Positions 1 through 10,190 of a DNA stretch of 64,000 nucleotides are shown here, piece after piece. How positions within the stretch are numbered: the first letter of the stretch is position 1; every line of letters starts with the position of its first letter. Source of the stretch: a virus (taxonomy: Duplodnaviria > Caudoviricetes); the IMG/VR virus record IMGVR_UViG_3300037067_013742, positions 1 to 64,000 of that record, one strand, 5' to 3'. The notes under the pieces are model-generated. The model was not told the origin of the DNA, did not search any database, and worked only from the letters and a program-made list of their open reading frames with translations. Position numbers and translations under genes: made by a program.

Positions 1-92
1 GGGCAAATATAACGAAAGTCGCTTATTTGAACTAGATCTCCAATTTCCATGAAAGTCTCTCCTATGGTATTCTCTAACCCTTTGGAGGAGTT

Positions 93-608
93 ATGAGAAA
101 TTTACTTATGCTATTTGTCTTTGTATTGCTACTAGTTATACCAGCTATAACTTTTGGAGAAGGCATTACTAATGCTATTACTACTTTACAGCCAGATATT
201 GGTGCGGCGCGGGCAAATAAACTAGCTGGTTTCATTATTTATTCTGGAGATGAGAATAAGATTGATCCTCTACTAATCACATCAATAATAATGGCAGAAT
301 CTTCATTCTCATATGATGTTGAAACTGGAGTAAGAAGAGGCAGGAGAGGTGAAAGGGGCTTAATGCAGTTATTTGGCGCCGCACTAAAGGTACTACCAGA
401 TTGTAACCCAAGGATAGATGTCTTCTGTAATATTCGGGCGGGCACCAGATGGCTCTCGGATAAGAGAACTTCTTGTCCAGGTTCTACTTATAGATGGGTA
501 TCTTCATATAGAAGGAAGAAGTGCGCTTCAGAGAAGCAAGCTGGAATGGATTATCACGTTAGGCAGATCAAGGAATATTACGATCGAGTTGGCGGGAGTC
601 AGTGGTAG
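93..608 (+). CDS. Lytic transglycosylase (SLT domain) with N-terminal signal/anchor
   Basis: IDPLLITSIIMAESSF (catalytic Glu), GLMQL and NIRAG motifs; hydrophobic N-terminus; SD GGAGG. Confidence 0.85.
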   Translation: MRNLLMLFVFVLLLVIPAITFGEGITNAITTLQPDIGAARANKLAGFIIYSGDENKIDPLLITSIIMAESSFSYDVETGVRRGRRGERGLMQLFGAALKVLPDCNPRIDVFCNIRAGTRWLSDKRTSCPGSTYRWVSSYRRKKCASEKQAGMDYHVRQIKEYYDRVGGSQW

Positions 609-731
609 GAGCTTCTAGTTCCAGCAGTTTGTCGGGCAGGAATCACCCTCTCCTAATGTCTACCCTTTATTTTATCATTTAGTGGGTCAGAATGATGTGA
701 AGGTCGATCAGCTTGGTAGGGAATATTGCGT

Positions 732-1043
732 TTAGTTGGTGGAGTCAGTGGGGGTTGAGTCGATCCAATGCCACCATCTTATAGATTCTGTCTCCCACAG
801 GCCCTCAGATATATATTTCAGATTATGAATACTAAGTTCTGCCAGATCACCATCTTCATTCTTCATTTGTAGGGAGAGAGTTTCTACTGATTGTGGTATG
901 TCTCCAATAATTCTAATGACATACTTTGGAGCTTCGGTTCTAACAGTGATTCCTACTTCTTTGATTGCCGCCAGGTGCTCATCTAGAAAGAAGTTTATGT
1001 CAGAAGAGGCCGTGTAGTTGGCACTATAGCTAGGTTCTTTCAT
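732..1043 (-). CDS. Hypothetical protein
   Basis: 103-aa ORF in the minus-strand gene run. Confidence 0.6.
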   Translation of the reverse strand: MKEPSYSANYTASSDINFFLDEHLAAIKEVGITVRTEAPKYVIRIIGDIPQSVETLSLQMKNEDGDLAELSIHNLKYISEGLWETESIRWWHWIDSTPTDSTN

Positions 1044-1074
1044 ACTAAATTTCTTTGTTTTGGATTACTCATTA

Positions 1075-1305
1075 CTACTCCGTCAGCTCTGGATCCTCTC
1101 CCTCCCATAGCCAGACTCCGTCATCATCAAGACCATTACAGGCGCAGCCACCACCCATATGACAGCTATCTGAACAGCTAATACATCCGTCGCCACAAGC
1201 ACATCCTGTACGGCAGATTCGGCAGCAGGAACCTCCTGTGATGTCGCCGCAGCTAGAAAGCCAGAGTAATGATAGTGTTACAAGAATGAGAGCCATCTGT
1301 TTCAT
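1075..1305 (-). CDS. Cys-rich small lipoprotein
   Basis: Signal peptide with lipobox-like LSSC, then CCRICRTGCACGDGCISC...C. Confidence 0.7.
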   Translation of the reverse strand: MKQMALILVTLSLLWLSSCGDITGGSCCRICRTGCACGDGCISCSDSCHMGGGCACNGLDDDGVWLWEGEDPELTE

Positions 1306-1526
1306 TCTGTAGTCTCCTTATTACAGAGATTTCTATCTAAACCATCTTGACAGTTGTCTTGCTGGTTAGATTCTGACAAAGAGAGGCAGAAAGCATCGCA
1401 CGAAGAGAGGCCTCCGTCACCACAGTGATTGTCTAGACAAGGATCACAGTATGTTGAAAGTCTTTCACAAGGAGTAGTCTCGCCGCAACCACAAAGTAAA
1501 ACTATAGCAATCAATAAACTTTTCAT
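1302..1526 (-). CDS. Cys-rich small lipoprotein
   Basis: Likely start MKSLLIAIVLLCGC after SD AGGAGAG; many Cys. Confidence 0.65.
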   Translation of the reverse strand: MKSLLIAIVLLCGCGETTPCERLSTYCDPCLDNHCGDGGLSSCDAFCLSLSESNQQDNCQDGLDRNLCNKETTE

Positions 1527-1549
1527 TCTCTCTCCTTTGAGACCTATGA

Positions 1550-2314
1550 CTAGAGAAAGTTTAGGTAACAATAGGCGCAATTATGTTGGCAAGCCTGTCT
1601 TTGGGTGTGTGGGTAGGCCTCTATCTTTTCTGTCTGACATCTACATCCTTTTCGTTTCCCCTCTTGGGCTAGATCGAGAAGGGATAGGTCCGTTAAGGAT
1701 AGGCAGGGACTAAGTCCTTCGAAGATTTTGGCACATCCGCATATCCTAAGGTCTCGGAGGTTAAGATTCTGAAGCCTGCTCAGTATCTTTTGTACGTACC
1801 AAATCTGCATATACCTAGGCTTTGACTTTATGTTAGATAGATAGAAGTCACTATCGTTTAGGTATAAGCCCCTCTTCTTAAAAGATATCTCCATCCCCAA
1901 TGGGAAGTAGGCCGGCTCGATGATTACCGGGATAGAAACGTGGCTTAAAACCTTCTGGATAACCATCTCGGCTCGGTTGAGCCCGCTATCGCCGGTAAGT
2001 GGATCTGTGTAAAAGACCGGTGCTACTCGTAGCCTAACCCTCTTCATGCCAACAATAGCAGCTAATCTTGTTAGATCGTCTATCGCCTGGTCTATACTTG
2101 GGACACCTGGTTCGACTAATGTATTTCCATATCCTGTAATTCCAACTTCTACAACTACTTGTCGGTGAAATTCGGGATATGGGATGATTATCTTCTCTAC
2201 GAGCTTTCCAGGATTCTTTGTAGTTAAGACTCCCGCCTGGTGTTTTTTCAGATGCTGGATAGCCGGGGTTGGGTCAAGAGCAGGGTCTCCTCTCTTTGTC
2301 TCAAAAATGGTCAT
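1550..2314 (-). CDS. DUF1848-like (spore photoproduct lyase/radical SAM-related) protein
   Basis: TKNP, TGYG..VEPGVP and C-terminal CRC...CQHNCAYCY motifs. Confidence 0.65.
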   Translation of the reverse strand: MTIFETKRGDPALDPTPAIQHLKKHQAGVLTTKNPGKLVEKIIIPYPEFHRQVVVEVGITGYGNTLVEPGVPSIDQAIDDLTRLAAIVGMKRVRLRVAPVFYTDPLTGDSGLNRAEMVIQKVLSHVSIPVIIEPAYFPLGMEISFKKRGLYLNDSDFYLSNIKSKPRYMQIWYVQKILSRLQNLNLRDLRICGCAKIFEGLSPCLSLTDLSLLDLAQEGKRKGCRCQTEKIEAYPHTQRQACQHNCAYCYLNFL

Positions 2315-3430
2315 CTTTGATGATCTCTTCTAGTTCAAAAGAGATATGCGGAAATTTCTTGTCTAGCAGATCCTTTGTTGTCTCAATACTCAAGTAGGAT
2401 CCACAGTCAAAGGATAGGGGAACCCAAGGGTAGTCCTTTAAATCAAAGTCTTGGCTTAATGAATAAGTGAGCTTGTTATAATCCGAGTCAGTTAACTCTG
2501 TTTGTATTCGGATTAAAATCATTTTCTATCCTTCTCTATAAGAGAAAACTAATTCTCTCTGGTTCTTGTTCTGTTAGATCTCTATGGTCTAGTCTTTCTT
2601 CTCTACTAGGTCATAGTCGCTGATTTCTAAGATCTCAATATTGACCTGACTAACGAAACTATTCCATTCCTTTAGGGGAACTGTAATCTCTAGTTTCTGG
2701 CAGCTTGATTTCACGGAGACTTTAATTTCTATAACATCTTCTTTGTCTGTCTCTATATAACGTATTGGGATTGCCTGAAGTACTTCAGGACAATCGGAGT
2801 TGCTAGAAACTAGATCTCCCTTAATAATTGTCTTCATTCTTTTCTCCACTTCTTACAAAGAAAGATGTTTGTATGCTCTGGTGAAGCAAACTGGCAGTTA
2901 TTAAGTACAAGACCTGGGATGACTAGTCTCCAAGGTTTTACCCTAAGGTCGCCGATACTACCAGCAAGGATATGTAAAAAGCCTTCTATAGTATCCCTGA
3001 ACTGGGGTAAGCTGGTTTCTTTAGTTTCGTAGAGATTAGTAATTTCTATCTCGGCGAGAAGCTTCCCATCTCTCTCTATATGTCCAGACGTTCGGCCTTG
3101 GACTAAGTTAACTAGTCGCTCAGTCATCATTTTTCTCCTAGTATCTCTTTTGCGGCCCACTCTATTAATGGACTTGTACCAGTATGGTCTAAAGCCCATT
3201 GGAGTTCCTGAAGCATTCTCTGATAGGCCTTACCATAGGATTCAAATGATGTTGTAGTTCTTATAGTTGCTGGTACATCCATCATTCGGCAAGTAGGCGA
3301 CGATTCTGAATAAATTCCTACTCCTGAGACAATTGGGTCCCCGCCCATAAAACTTAGAGAGAGCCAGACGATTAGGTGGGCTTCATGTTCAAGCATTTAA
3401 TGGACTTCCTTATAGATTAATCTGATCTAC

Positions 3431-3640
3431 TTATCTATCAATGATCCACTGGAATGTGAGAAGGAAGACAGAGCCAATAACAACAACTCCTAGCGGAATC
3501 CAGAATGGTGAGAGAACCCACCACCAAGACCAGGAGATAACCCCTGTTAGTTTTAAGACTATAAATACCACTAAAAGAATAGTTGGGAGTCCCGTCCCGC
3601 CGCTTACTGCACTAGCAGAAGAACTCTTAGATTCTGTCAT
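3431..3640 (-). CDS. Small phage membrane protein
   Basis: Two hydrophobic segments, LKLTGVISWSWWWVLSPFWI pattern. Confidence 0.7.
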   Translation of the reverse strand: MTESKSSSASAVSGGTGLPTILLVVFIVLKLTGVISWSWWWVLSPFWIPLGVVVIGSVFLLTFQWIIDR

Positions 3641-4140
3641 TCAAATAACCCATATCCTACGAATCCAATACTTCTTCCCTGGCTATCAGAGCCATAAAGT
3701 GGAAGCATGTTTGGTTCTGGTAAAAGTTTTAGTTCTATTGATGGGTCGGCCTTCATTATAAGGTCAATCCACAATTGGGCCATTGCCATTGGGCTCTTGA
3801 CTCTTATCTTTTCAGAATAGTAATAGTCCAGATAATCATCTGGGTTTAGCCCGCAATCTCTGATTGCTTGGATCTCTTCTTCTGAGACGGGCGGGGGCTC
3901 ATAGTCATCCTGAAATTCTTCTATATTAAGAGGAAGTTTGACGGCTTTATAGTGAGCTTCTCTTACTTCTTCTACTGGCTTGTTAGATTGGATAGTAAAC
4001 CAATCACATTGCCTATGGCCATCTCCCGACCAGTCTCCAATGGGGAGCTGGAATTTATGGATTGCAACCATATACTTTCCTCCTGATCGCTCTAGTTGTC
4101 TAATGGCTTTTTTGCGAGCAGCAAGGATTGGATCTGTCAT
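3637..4140 (-). CDS. Conserved phage hypothetical protein
   Basis: GDWSGDGH and C-terminal GYGLF motifs; translationally coupled. Confidence 0.6.
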   Translation of the reverse strand: MTDPILAARKKAIRQLERSGGKYMVAIHKFQLPIGDWSGDGHRQCDWFTIQSNKPVEEVREAHYKAVKLPLNIEEFQDDYEPPPVSEEEIQAIRDCGLNPDDYLDYYYSEKIRVKSPMAMAQLWIDLIMKADPSIELKLLPEPNMLPLYGSDSQGRSIGFVGYGLFE

Positions 4141-4364
4141 ACTTTGTCCTCACTTATTACTCCATTGAGAGCATCTAGTCATGATAAAAGCGCACTCGCC
4201 CGAAATACAAACATCCAAGAATCTCTTGGCTAAAGTACAATCCTTTATCTTTGTACAGTGAAGACACATACAATTGTCTTTTCGCAGAGCTTCTGTCTCA
4301 GTGTTTTCGTAAGTCTCTCTATTATGGCGGGTAACCAGTATTGGGGTTTTTCATCTATTTCCTT

Positions 4365-5627
4365 TTAGTACTTAAAAGTCTTTTCTCTCTCTGGTCCAGT
4401 AGATACATATTCTATTGGAGCATCCATTGTATTTTCAATTAGTTGTAGGTAAGTATCTACAGCACCCCAGTCCTTTGAATCGTCGCAATCACAATCTAGC
4501 TCTGTCTTCTTCCAACCCTTGAGAGTCCTATAGACTGGGATAGCATTTTCCTGATCAGCCGTAGAGACGAATTCTTCTTGTGGTCCCCGCCCGTCAAAAT
4601 AAGTGGTCTGATATTGGGTACAGACCTTTATTTCGGGCAGACCCTCTAGAACATCTAGTTTAGTCACGGCCAATCCAGTAAACCCATTTACTATAGCTGA
4701 AGTTCTTAGAGCTACTAGATCCAACCAGCCACATCGACGAGGTCTTCCTGTTGTGGCCCCGAACTCCTTACCCTTCTCCTGAAGGAACCTACCATCCTCA
4801 TCTTTAAGCTCACAAACCATTGGTCCCGCGCCAACCATAGTGCTATAGGCCTTAACTACGCCTATAACCGACGTAACCTTGGTAGGTGGTATTCCTGCCC
4901 CCTGACATAAACCAGCGGCTGAAGGGGCGCTAGAGGTCACGTATGGGTATATGCCATGATCGATATCTCTCATGGTCCCCAACTGACCTTCAACTAGGAT
5001 ATTTTTGTCTTGCTGAATTAGCGAATGAACTAGCTTTTGAGTATTAATAATTCTATTTTTTAGCTTATCAGAGTAATAATCTAAGAGATTTAGATTTTCT
5101 TCTCTTTTTGCGGCGGAAGAAATTCCCCTAATAAGAGAGACTATTTCATTCCTCTTACGAAGCCAATGATGATCTAGTAAATCTCCAGCCCTAATCCCAT
5201 ACCTAGCAGCCTTGTCAGCATATGTAGGTCCTATACCTCGAAGAGTAGTTCCTATCTTATAGCCGCCTAACCTATTCTCTTCCAACTGTTCTTGTTCTTT
5301 GTGATAGGGCATTACTATATGTGCTGCGTCAGAGATAAAGAGGTTATCTAGGGAAATCCCCTTGGCTTCTAGCTCTTTCATCTCATCTAGTAGGTCAATG
5401 GGGTTTATAACTGTGCCGGGGCCGATAATACAGATAGCGTCAGGATTGAAGATTCCAGATGGGACTCCATGGAATACAAATTTACCGAACTCGTTGACTA
5501 CTGTGTGCCCAGCATTCTGACCACCCTGAGCTCTAATGACGCAATCGGCATCTTGGGCTAAGTAGTCGATTATTTTGGCCTTTCCCTCGTCGCCGTATTG
5601 CGATCCAACCACTAAAGTAACTGGCAT
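4365..5627 (-). CDS. purA: Adenylosuccinate synthetase
   Basis: GSQYGDEGKAK, GGQNAGHT, GIGPTY, EFGATTGRPRRCGWLD, TKLDVL, STGPER. Confidence 0.95.
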   Translation of the reverse strand: MPVTLVVGSQYGDEGKAKIIDYLAQDADCVIRAQGGQNAGHTVVNEFGKFVFHGVPSGIFNPDAICIIGPGTVINPIDLLDEMKELEAKGISLDNLFISDAAHIVMPYHKEQEQLEENRLGGYKIGTTLRGIGPTYADKAARYGIRAGDLLDHHWLRKRNEIVSLIRGISSAAKREENLNLLDYYSDKLKNRIINTQKLVHSLIQQDKNILVEGQLGTMRDIDHGIYPYVTSSAPSAAGLCQGAGIPPTKVTSVIGVVKAYSTMVGAGPMVCELKDEDGRFLQEKGKEFGATTGRPRRCGWLDLVALRTSAIVNGFTGLAVTKLDVLEGLPEIKVCTQYQTTYFDGRGPQEEFVSTADQENAIPVYRTLKGWKKTELDCDCDDSKDWGAVDTYLQLIENTMDAPIEYVSTGPEREKTFKY

Positions 5628-5921
5628 TAGGTCTCCTGTTTAGAAATCTTACCTAGTAGGAAGCTAAGCGATTCCATTCTCTTGGACAAATCTATAAAGA
5701 CTTCTTCTCCATAAGAGATTTGATTATCGCATAGCATCCTGAATGTATTTTCGGCGAGCATTCCCTCTCGTAGAGTAACTAGAGATTGAAGCTCTGCTAC
5801 TAGCGACCACATATGGGCGTCTTTACGGATGGCCTCTTCATCTCTCTGCATAGAATCTCCTTGGTCCCATATAACCCGCGAAAGCAGATCATATAGGATA
5901 TTTTATTTATGGGTTGGGAGG

Positions 5922-7082
5922 TTAGTTCTGGCGGAGGTAGATAAGCTTGGTACCACGAACAAGCTTTCTGTTTACAGATGTGGACTGCGTAAAAATATCG
6001 TAGTTCATATGGTTGCCGGGCTTAACCCTAGCATCCTGATTATCTGGTAGGCCAAGTAGGCGGCGAGCTTCGTAACCTGTGTAGATAGCCTTCTCGCCCT
6101 TCTTCATGATGGCGATCTGCTTCTGGGGCTGGATTGTCTCTGGCTTGGTCAGCTGGTAGAAGGCATTACCCGTTAGATAGACTTCTCCATGCGACTCAAC
6201 GAAATCCTTGATGACACATTCCTTCTCAACTGACCAAATCTTAGCCTTGCTTCTTACATCAACGAGCTTCTTTAGGTCAGTATCAGTTACCTTCGAGAGA
6301 TCGGTGGTAAGGAATGTCTTTGATGAGGTTTGGCCAAGAGACCTTACTGCATAGTAACCAGCAACCCCAGAGTTTAGTGAGGCAGAGGCCGTGGCCATGC
6401 CCTGTGCCGTTGCTTCCCACTCCTGAACATTGCCTTCGGGGATGCCGAACTGCTTACAGAGGTTGGCCTTAGCTCCCGGCGGAACCATAAAGACGAAGGT
6501 CCAGCGGTCGGTACTGGTTACCTGCTGCATTAGCTTCTCAAGCTTGCCATTGATTTGTGTGAATGAATGTGAGTGATTCTCACATCCATCCGTAATGACC
6601 ATAACTACATACGAAGTCTCTAGGCTATCGGGAATAGAGCGGAGGCGGTTGATGGTCTTGCCAACAGCATCCAGCAGAGGAGTCATCCCATCGGGTCGAT
6701 AGTTAGCAGCGGTTAGCTCCTTCAACGAAGTTACTGGATGAGCAAAGAACTTCTCGACTACTAGACTACGCTCGCCAAAGGTTACAAAAGTAACTGTTGA
6801 CTCCTGCCCCTGCTTCTCCGAATTCTCACGAATTGCCTTCACATTGGAGTTGAAGGCTGCAACTGCATGCTCTCGGATACCCATCATAGAGCCCGAGGCA
6901 TCTAGGCAGATAGCAAAGTGATTGACGAGCTTCTTCTTCTCGCTCTCTACAATTGCCTTGGGTGCTGGCTTGGGCTTCTTCGAAGAAGGCTTCTGCTGAA
7001 CCTTCTTGTTGACCTTAGGGCCAACTACGAAGTGGCCATTAGCATCGCGGGGCTGGGTCTTCCACGAATCGTTTGCTGCCAT
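5922..7082 (-). CDS. von Willebrand factor A (vWA) domain protein
   Basis: MIDAS motif DASGSM, TPLLDA, VITDGCEN; Lys/Pro-rich N-terminus. Confidence 0.85.
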   Translation of the reverse strand: MAANDSWKTQPRDANGHFVVGPKVNKKVQQKPSSKKPKPAPKAIVESEKKKLVNHFAICLDASGSMMGIREHAVAAFNSNVKAIRENSEKQGQESTVTFVTFGERSLVVEKFFAHPVTSLKELTAANYRPDGMTPLLDAVGKTINRLRSIPDSLETSYVVMVITDGCENHSHSFTQINGKLEKLMQQVTSTDRWTFVFMVPPGAKANLCKQFGIPEGNVQEWEATAQGMATASASLNSGVAGYYAVRSLGQTSSKTFLTTDLSKVTDTDLKKLVDVRSKAKIWSVEKECVIKDFVESHGEVYLTGNAFYQLTKPETIQPQKQIAIMKKGEKAIYTGYEARRLLGLPDNQDARVKPGNHMNYDIFTQSTSVNRKLVRGTKLIYLRQN

Positions 7083-7107
7083 TTTTCTTCTCTCTCCTTC
7101 TTAAATC

Positions 7108-7789
7108 CTAGAAGAGCTCATCTAGCTCTCCTCTCAAATACTTCTTTGCGGATATCTTCTTTTGGGTTATGTGATCTATGACTTGATCGTCTCTTATTCT
7201 GATAGTTCGTCGCTTTTCCCCTCGCATTCCACATCCGAGTTGCTCTTTTCTTGTTGAGCTTCTCTCCTTCTGATCGGATTCATCGGCTAACTGTTTTAGT
7301 CTTGAAGCTAATATAGCTTTAGCTGCTTGTAGATTCATACTCTGAGATCTCTCAGATTCATACTTCACTACAATTCCAGTTGGTTTATGAGTCAATCTAA
7401 CTGCTGATGAAGTCTTATTTCTTTTTTGCCCGCCGGCACCAGAACCTCTAAATACTTCTTTAGAGATTTCTCCATCATCAATAATTAAATCTCTAGGATT
7501 TACTGGCTCTAGTATAGCTACTGTAATAGTAGAGGTTTGAACTCTACCTCTCTTCTCAGTAGAAGGGATTCTTTGCCATCTATGCCCACCGGACTCATTA
7601 GCAAAAATCTTCCTAGCATCCTTACCAGAGACTTCTACTATTATGATTGATGGTCGCTGATCCAAAAGAGTTAAGTTAAAGATGTTTCCGAGCGCAGTAC
7701 TTAGTATAGATGCTTAGCTGATCTACGATAAGAAGCTTAGCATCTGACCCACCCTCGGCCGCGTGAATTTCTACTATGATAGTTTCCAT
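7108..7789 (-). CDS. Class I peptide release factor, RF1-like (PxT), lacking domain 1; requires +1 frameshift at 7681-7675
   Basis: ORF0 7789-7676 METIIVEIHAAEGGSDAKLL...KHL* continues in the +1 frame as NLTLLDQRPS...; HRWQRIPSTEKRGRVQTS, GAGGQ, SERSQ; about 226 aa. Confidence 0.85.
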
Positions 7790-8052
7790 CTTTACTCTAC
7801 AAATTCTTTGGTAATTATACCATTTTTATAGTGGATAATATGATTCTACTGGTTTGCCATGGCGGAGGAAAAGTAGGCGGTTGAGGTCTTTCCAGTACTC
7901 TTCAAAGTCTTCAACCTTATCTATCTCTCCATTTTCTACTAGGTCTTCTGCTGTTACTGCGGGCGCATCACATTCACAGCAACTACCTCCATCCCACCAG
8001 CAATCACAGTGAACTCCACTCTCGGATAGATCACACTGACTATCGTCTTTAT

Positions 8053-8460
8053 TCATTTGGTGGTCTCATCAGGTAAGACTGAATCTACGGGATTAAAGTC
8101 GAAGATGTTTCCAGTTCTAGTATGAATTACCTTTTCAAAGTTGTTACCTCTCATATTAGAGAGGAGGATGTTGTACCGTCCATTAACATTTCTTTCTTCG
8201 ACATCTTCTACTGTCATTATTTCGGCGGGAGGAAGAAAGTATATTCCTGAATCAAATTCAGAGTGATGATTTACTTCTACTCTTTCTCCCTTATCAGTAG
8301 TAGCCATCTCGTATTTTTCGTGGCCAAATCTAAAACCATAGTTGTATTTCTTACAGAGCTCTATAATCTTCTTTAGATCTCGCTCTTCTGTTTCAAGTCT
8401 CTGTTCTTCACTGAAGAGTATTCCACCTGATAGGAACTGAACAAATCCTCTACTTGGCAT
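8053..8460 (-). CDS. Hypothetical protein
   Basis: Probable start MPSRGF after SD GGAG; the longer ORF-track start runs into tRNA-Glu. Confidence 0.55.
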   Translation of the reverse strand: MPSRGFVQFLSGGILFSEEQRLETEERDLKKIIELCKKYNYGFRFGHEKYEMATTDKGERVEVNHHSEFDSGIYFLPPAEIMTVEDVEERNVNGRYNILLSNMRGNNFEKVIHTRTGNIFDFNPVDSVLPDETTK

Positions 8461-8474
8461 CTCTTCTCCTCTAG

Positions 8475-8548
8475 CGACCTGGACGGGATTCGAACCCGCA
8501 TTCAATAGCTTGAAGGGCTATGGTCCATACCAATTAGACGGCCAGGCC
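8475..8548 (-). tRNA. tRNA-Glu(TTC), C33
   Basis: Cloverleaf; ATAGC-CCTTCAA-GCTAT; GGTTCGAATCC. Confidence 0.8.
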
Positions 8549-8550
8549 AA

Positions 8551-8624
8551 TGGAGCTGGTAGTAGGAATTGAGCCCACATCTATCGGGTACAGACCGATT
8601 GCTCTACCATTGAGCTATACCAGC
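8551..8624 (-). tRNA. tRNA-Thr(TGT), C33
   Basis: ATCGG-TCTGTAC-CCGAT; CCA encoded. Confidence 0.8.
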
Positions 8625-8626
8625 AA

Positions 8627-8698
8627 AGCTGACGACCGGAGTCGGACCGGTATTTCCTACTTACGGGGCAGGGGTTCTACCAATTAAACTACATCAGC
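8627..8698 (-). tRNA. tRNA-Thr(CGT), C33
   Basis: CCTGC-CCCGTAA-GTAGG. Confidence 0.8.
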
Positions 8699-8732
8699 AA
8701 GACGACAACTAAAGCATCTTTTTCTGGCGGGG

Positions 8733-8803
8733 CGGCCCTAGAGAGAATCGAACTCTCCTTTGTGGTCTGAGAAACCACCGTCCTCCCAGTAGACGACAGG
8801 GCC
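8733..8803 (-). tRNA. tRNA-Glu(CTC)
   Basis: GTGGT-TTCTCAG-ACCAC. Confidence 0.85.
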
Positions 8804-8806
8804 ATA

Positions 8807-8880
8807 TGTAGGTGGCGGGCCTCGAACCCACGACCTCCGACTTGGCAAGCCGGCGCTCTTTCCAACTGAGCCACACCTAC
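8807..8880 (-). tRNA. tRNA-Gly(GCC)
   Basis: CCGGC-TTGCCAA-GTCGG. Confidence 0.85.
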
Positions 8881-8882
8881 GA

Positions 8883-8966
8883 CGGAGGACGGGAGATTCG
8901 AACTCCATACGGTTAAGTACGCATTGATTAGCAGTCAAGCTCAGTGCCCTACTGATTCTATCCTCC
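8883..8966 (-). tRNA. tRNA-Ser(GCT)
   Basis: TTGA-CTGCTAA-TCAA, long variable arm. Confidence 0.8.
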
Positions 8967-8970
8967 AAGG

Positions 8971-9059
8971 CGGTAGATGGAAGGCATGCTCTCCACCCGG
9001 TTCTTCACCGAGCCATCCGATTTCGAGTCGGCGCCAGTTCCTTGACTGGTTCATCTACC
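8971..9059 (-). tRNA. tRNA-Ser(CGA), atypical T-loop
   Basis: CCGA-CTCGAAA-TCGG, long variable arm. Confidence 0.7.
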
Positions 9060-9065
9060 AAAGAG

Positions 9066-9148
9066 CGGAAAAGCGAGGGCACGATCCCCATACCTTGCGG
9101 TACGCAACGCTTTCCAAGCGTGCCTAGATCCCATCTAGTTGCTCTTCC
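9066..9148 (-). tRNA. tRNA-Ser(GGA)
   Basis: ACGC-TTGGAAA-GCGT, long variable arm. Confidence 0.75.
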
Positions 9149-9149
9149 A

Positions 9150-9412
9150 GGCGGTGATGCCGGCTCTCTACTGCGCTTACCGACATCACCCGACGGCTTT
9201 CCCACCGTCATGGGGCATGGATTTCATGCTGTGTCCTTGGCTGGCGCCCATGCTCACTGCTGTTTATCTAGTCTGGACCTGACCATAATAACAGCTGCCG
9301 CTACCAGACCCTCAAAAGGTCATGGCGTAGAGATAGATTCGTCAGAAGGTCCGCACCCCTATCTGACAACCCCGGATAGGAACACTGTGCGGTCACTCGT
9401 CTACCGGATCAC
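9150..9412 (-). ncRNA. Candidate structured ncRNA inside the tRNA array
   Basis: GC-rich gap with no credible ORF; many complementary segments, several interleaved. Confidence 0.5.
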
Positions 9413-9428
9413 AAACTATATAAGAAAT

Positions 9429-9992
9429 TTAATCATGCTCTAGTTCAGTATTCCAATACAGCCACGACTGCCAACATTCTGGGATTGAACTAGAGTCTTC
9501 TACATGGAAGGCAATAAGAGGCAAGCTCTTTGGCTTTACTGGCTGCTTCAAGAGCTTCATCTTTGCTTGCTGCGGAGTCTTGTTCTCTTTGCGGGCGTTA
9601 CAATCGTAGCAAGAAGTTACGATATTCTCCCATACAGTCTTACCACCTTGAGATCTTGGGATTACGTGATCATAGTTCAATTGATTAGTAGGCAACTTTC
9701 GTCCGCAGTACTGGCACTGCCAATTATCTCTGGTAAGGACGTTCATTCTTGAGAAACGAACAGCCTTCCTCCTAGAGATTCTAGAGAGTAGTCTGACTAC
9801 GGCGGGCATCTTCAAGAGCATTGTCCATCCATGAGACTGAGCTCTCTTAGCCTGATCGGGAGTCATTAGAGGCTCGTCATAACACTCGATAACTTCGGCC
9901 TTTTGGTCAAAAATTAGCGATACTGCTCTCTGCCAGCTGATTACTTTGTGCGGCGTGTAACCGATATCCAAGACGAGTGTACGAGCGCTCAT
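9429..9992 (-). CDS. HNH endonuclease (McrA/COG1403-like)
   Basis: RD.WQCQYCG...DHVIPRSQGG..WENIVTSCYDCN; SD GGAGG. Confidence 0.9.
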   Translation of the reverse strand: MSARTLVLDIGYTPHKVISWQRAVSLIFDQKAEVIECYDEPLMTPDQAKRAQSHGWTMLLKMPAVVRLLSRISRRKAVRFSRMNVLTRDNWQCQYCGRKLPTNQLNYDHVIPRSQGGKTVWENIVTSCYDCNARKENKTPQQAKMKLLKQPVKPKSLPLIAFHVEDSSSIPECWQSWLYWNTELEHD

Positions 9993-10024
9993 AACATCCT
10001 CCGTTTCTTTAGTTTACCTCCCAA

Positions 10025-10099
10025 TGGTGCGTCATCAGGGACTTGAACCCTGCACTCTGGAGCTTGAATCCAGCGTCTTTGCCGGTAGACTAATGACGC
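10025..10099 (-). tRNA. tRNA-Leu(CAA), short variable arm
   Basis: CTGGA-TTCAAGC-TCCAG; A73-CCA. Confidence 0.75.
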
Positions 10100-10114
10100 A
10101 GTTAAGATTTCTGA

Positions 10115-10189
10115 TGCTGCTGGTCGGAGTCGAACCGACAACAAATTGATTTTAAATCAATCCTCTCTGCCAAATTGGAGCACAGCAGC
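10115..10189 (-). tRNA. tRNA-Leu(TAA), short variable arm
   Basis: ATTGA-TTTAAAA-TCAAT. Confidence 0.8.
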
Positions 10190-10190
10190 T

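Noticed and set aside
4365-5627. PurZ (2-aminoadenine genome)
   Set aside because: The catalytic Asp is retained (GDEGK); PurZ has Ser there, and no companion genes are seen
8475-8548. UGA-suppressor tRNA or stop-codon recoding
   Set aside because: Stem pairing puts TTC, not TCA, at positions 34-36; long genes are intact in code 11 and ATGA overlaps show TGA is a stop
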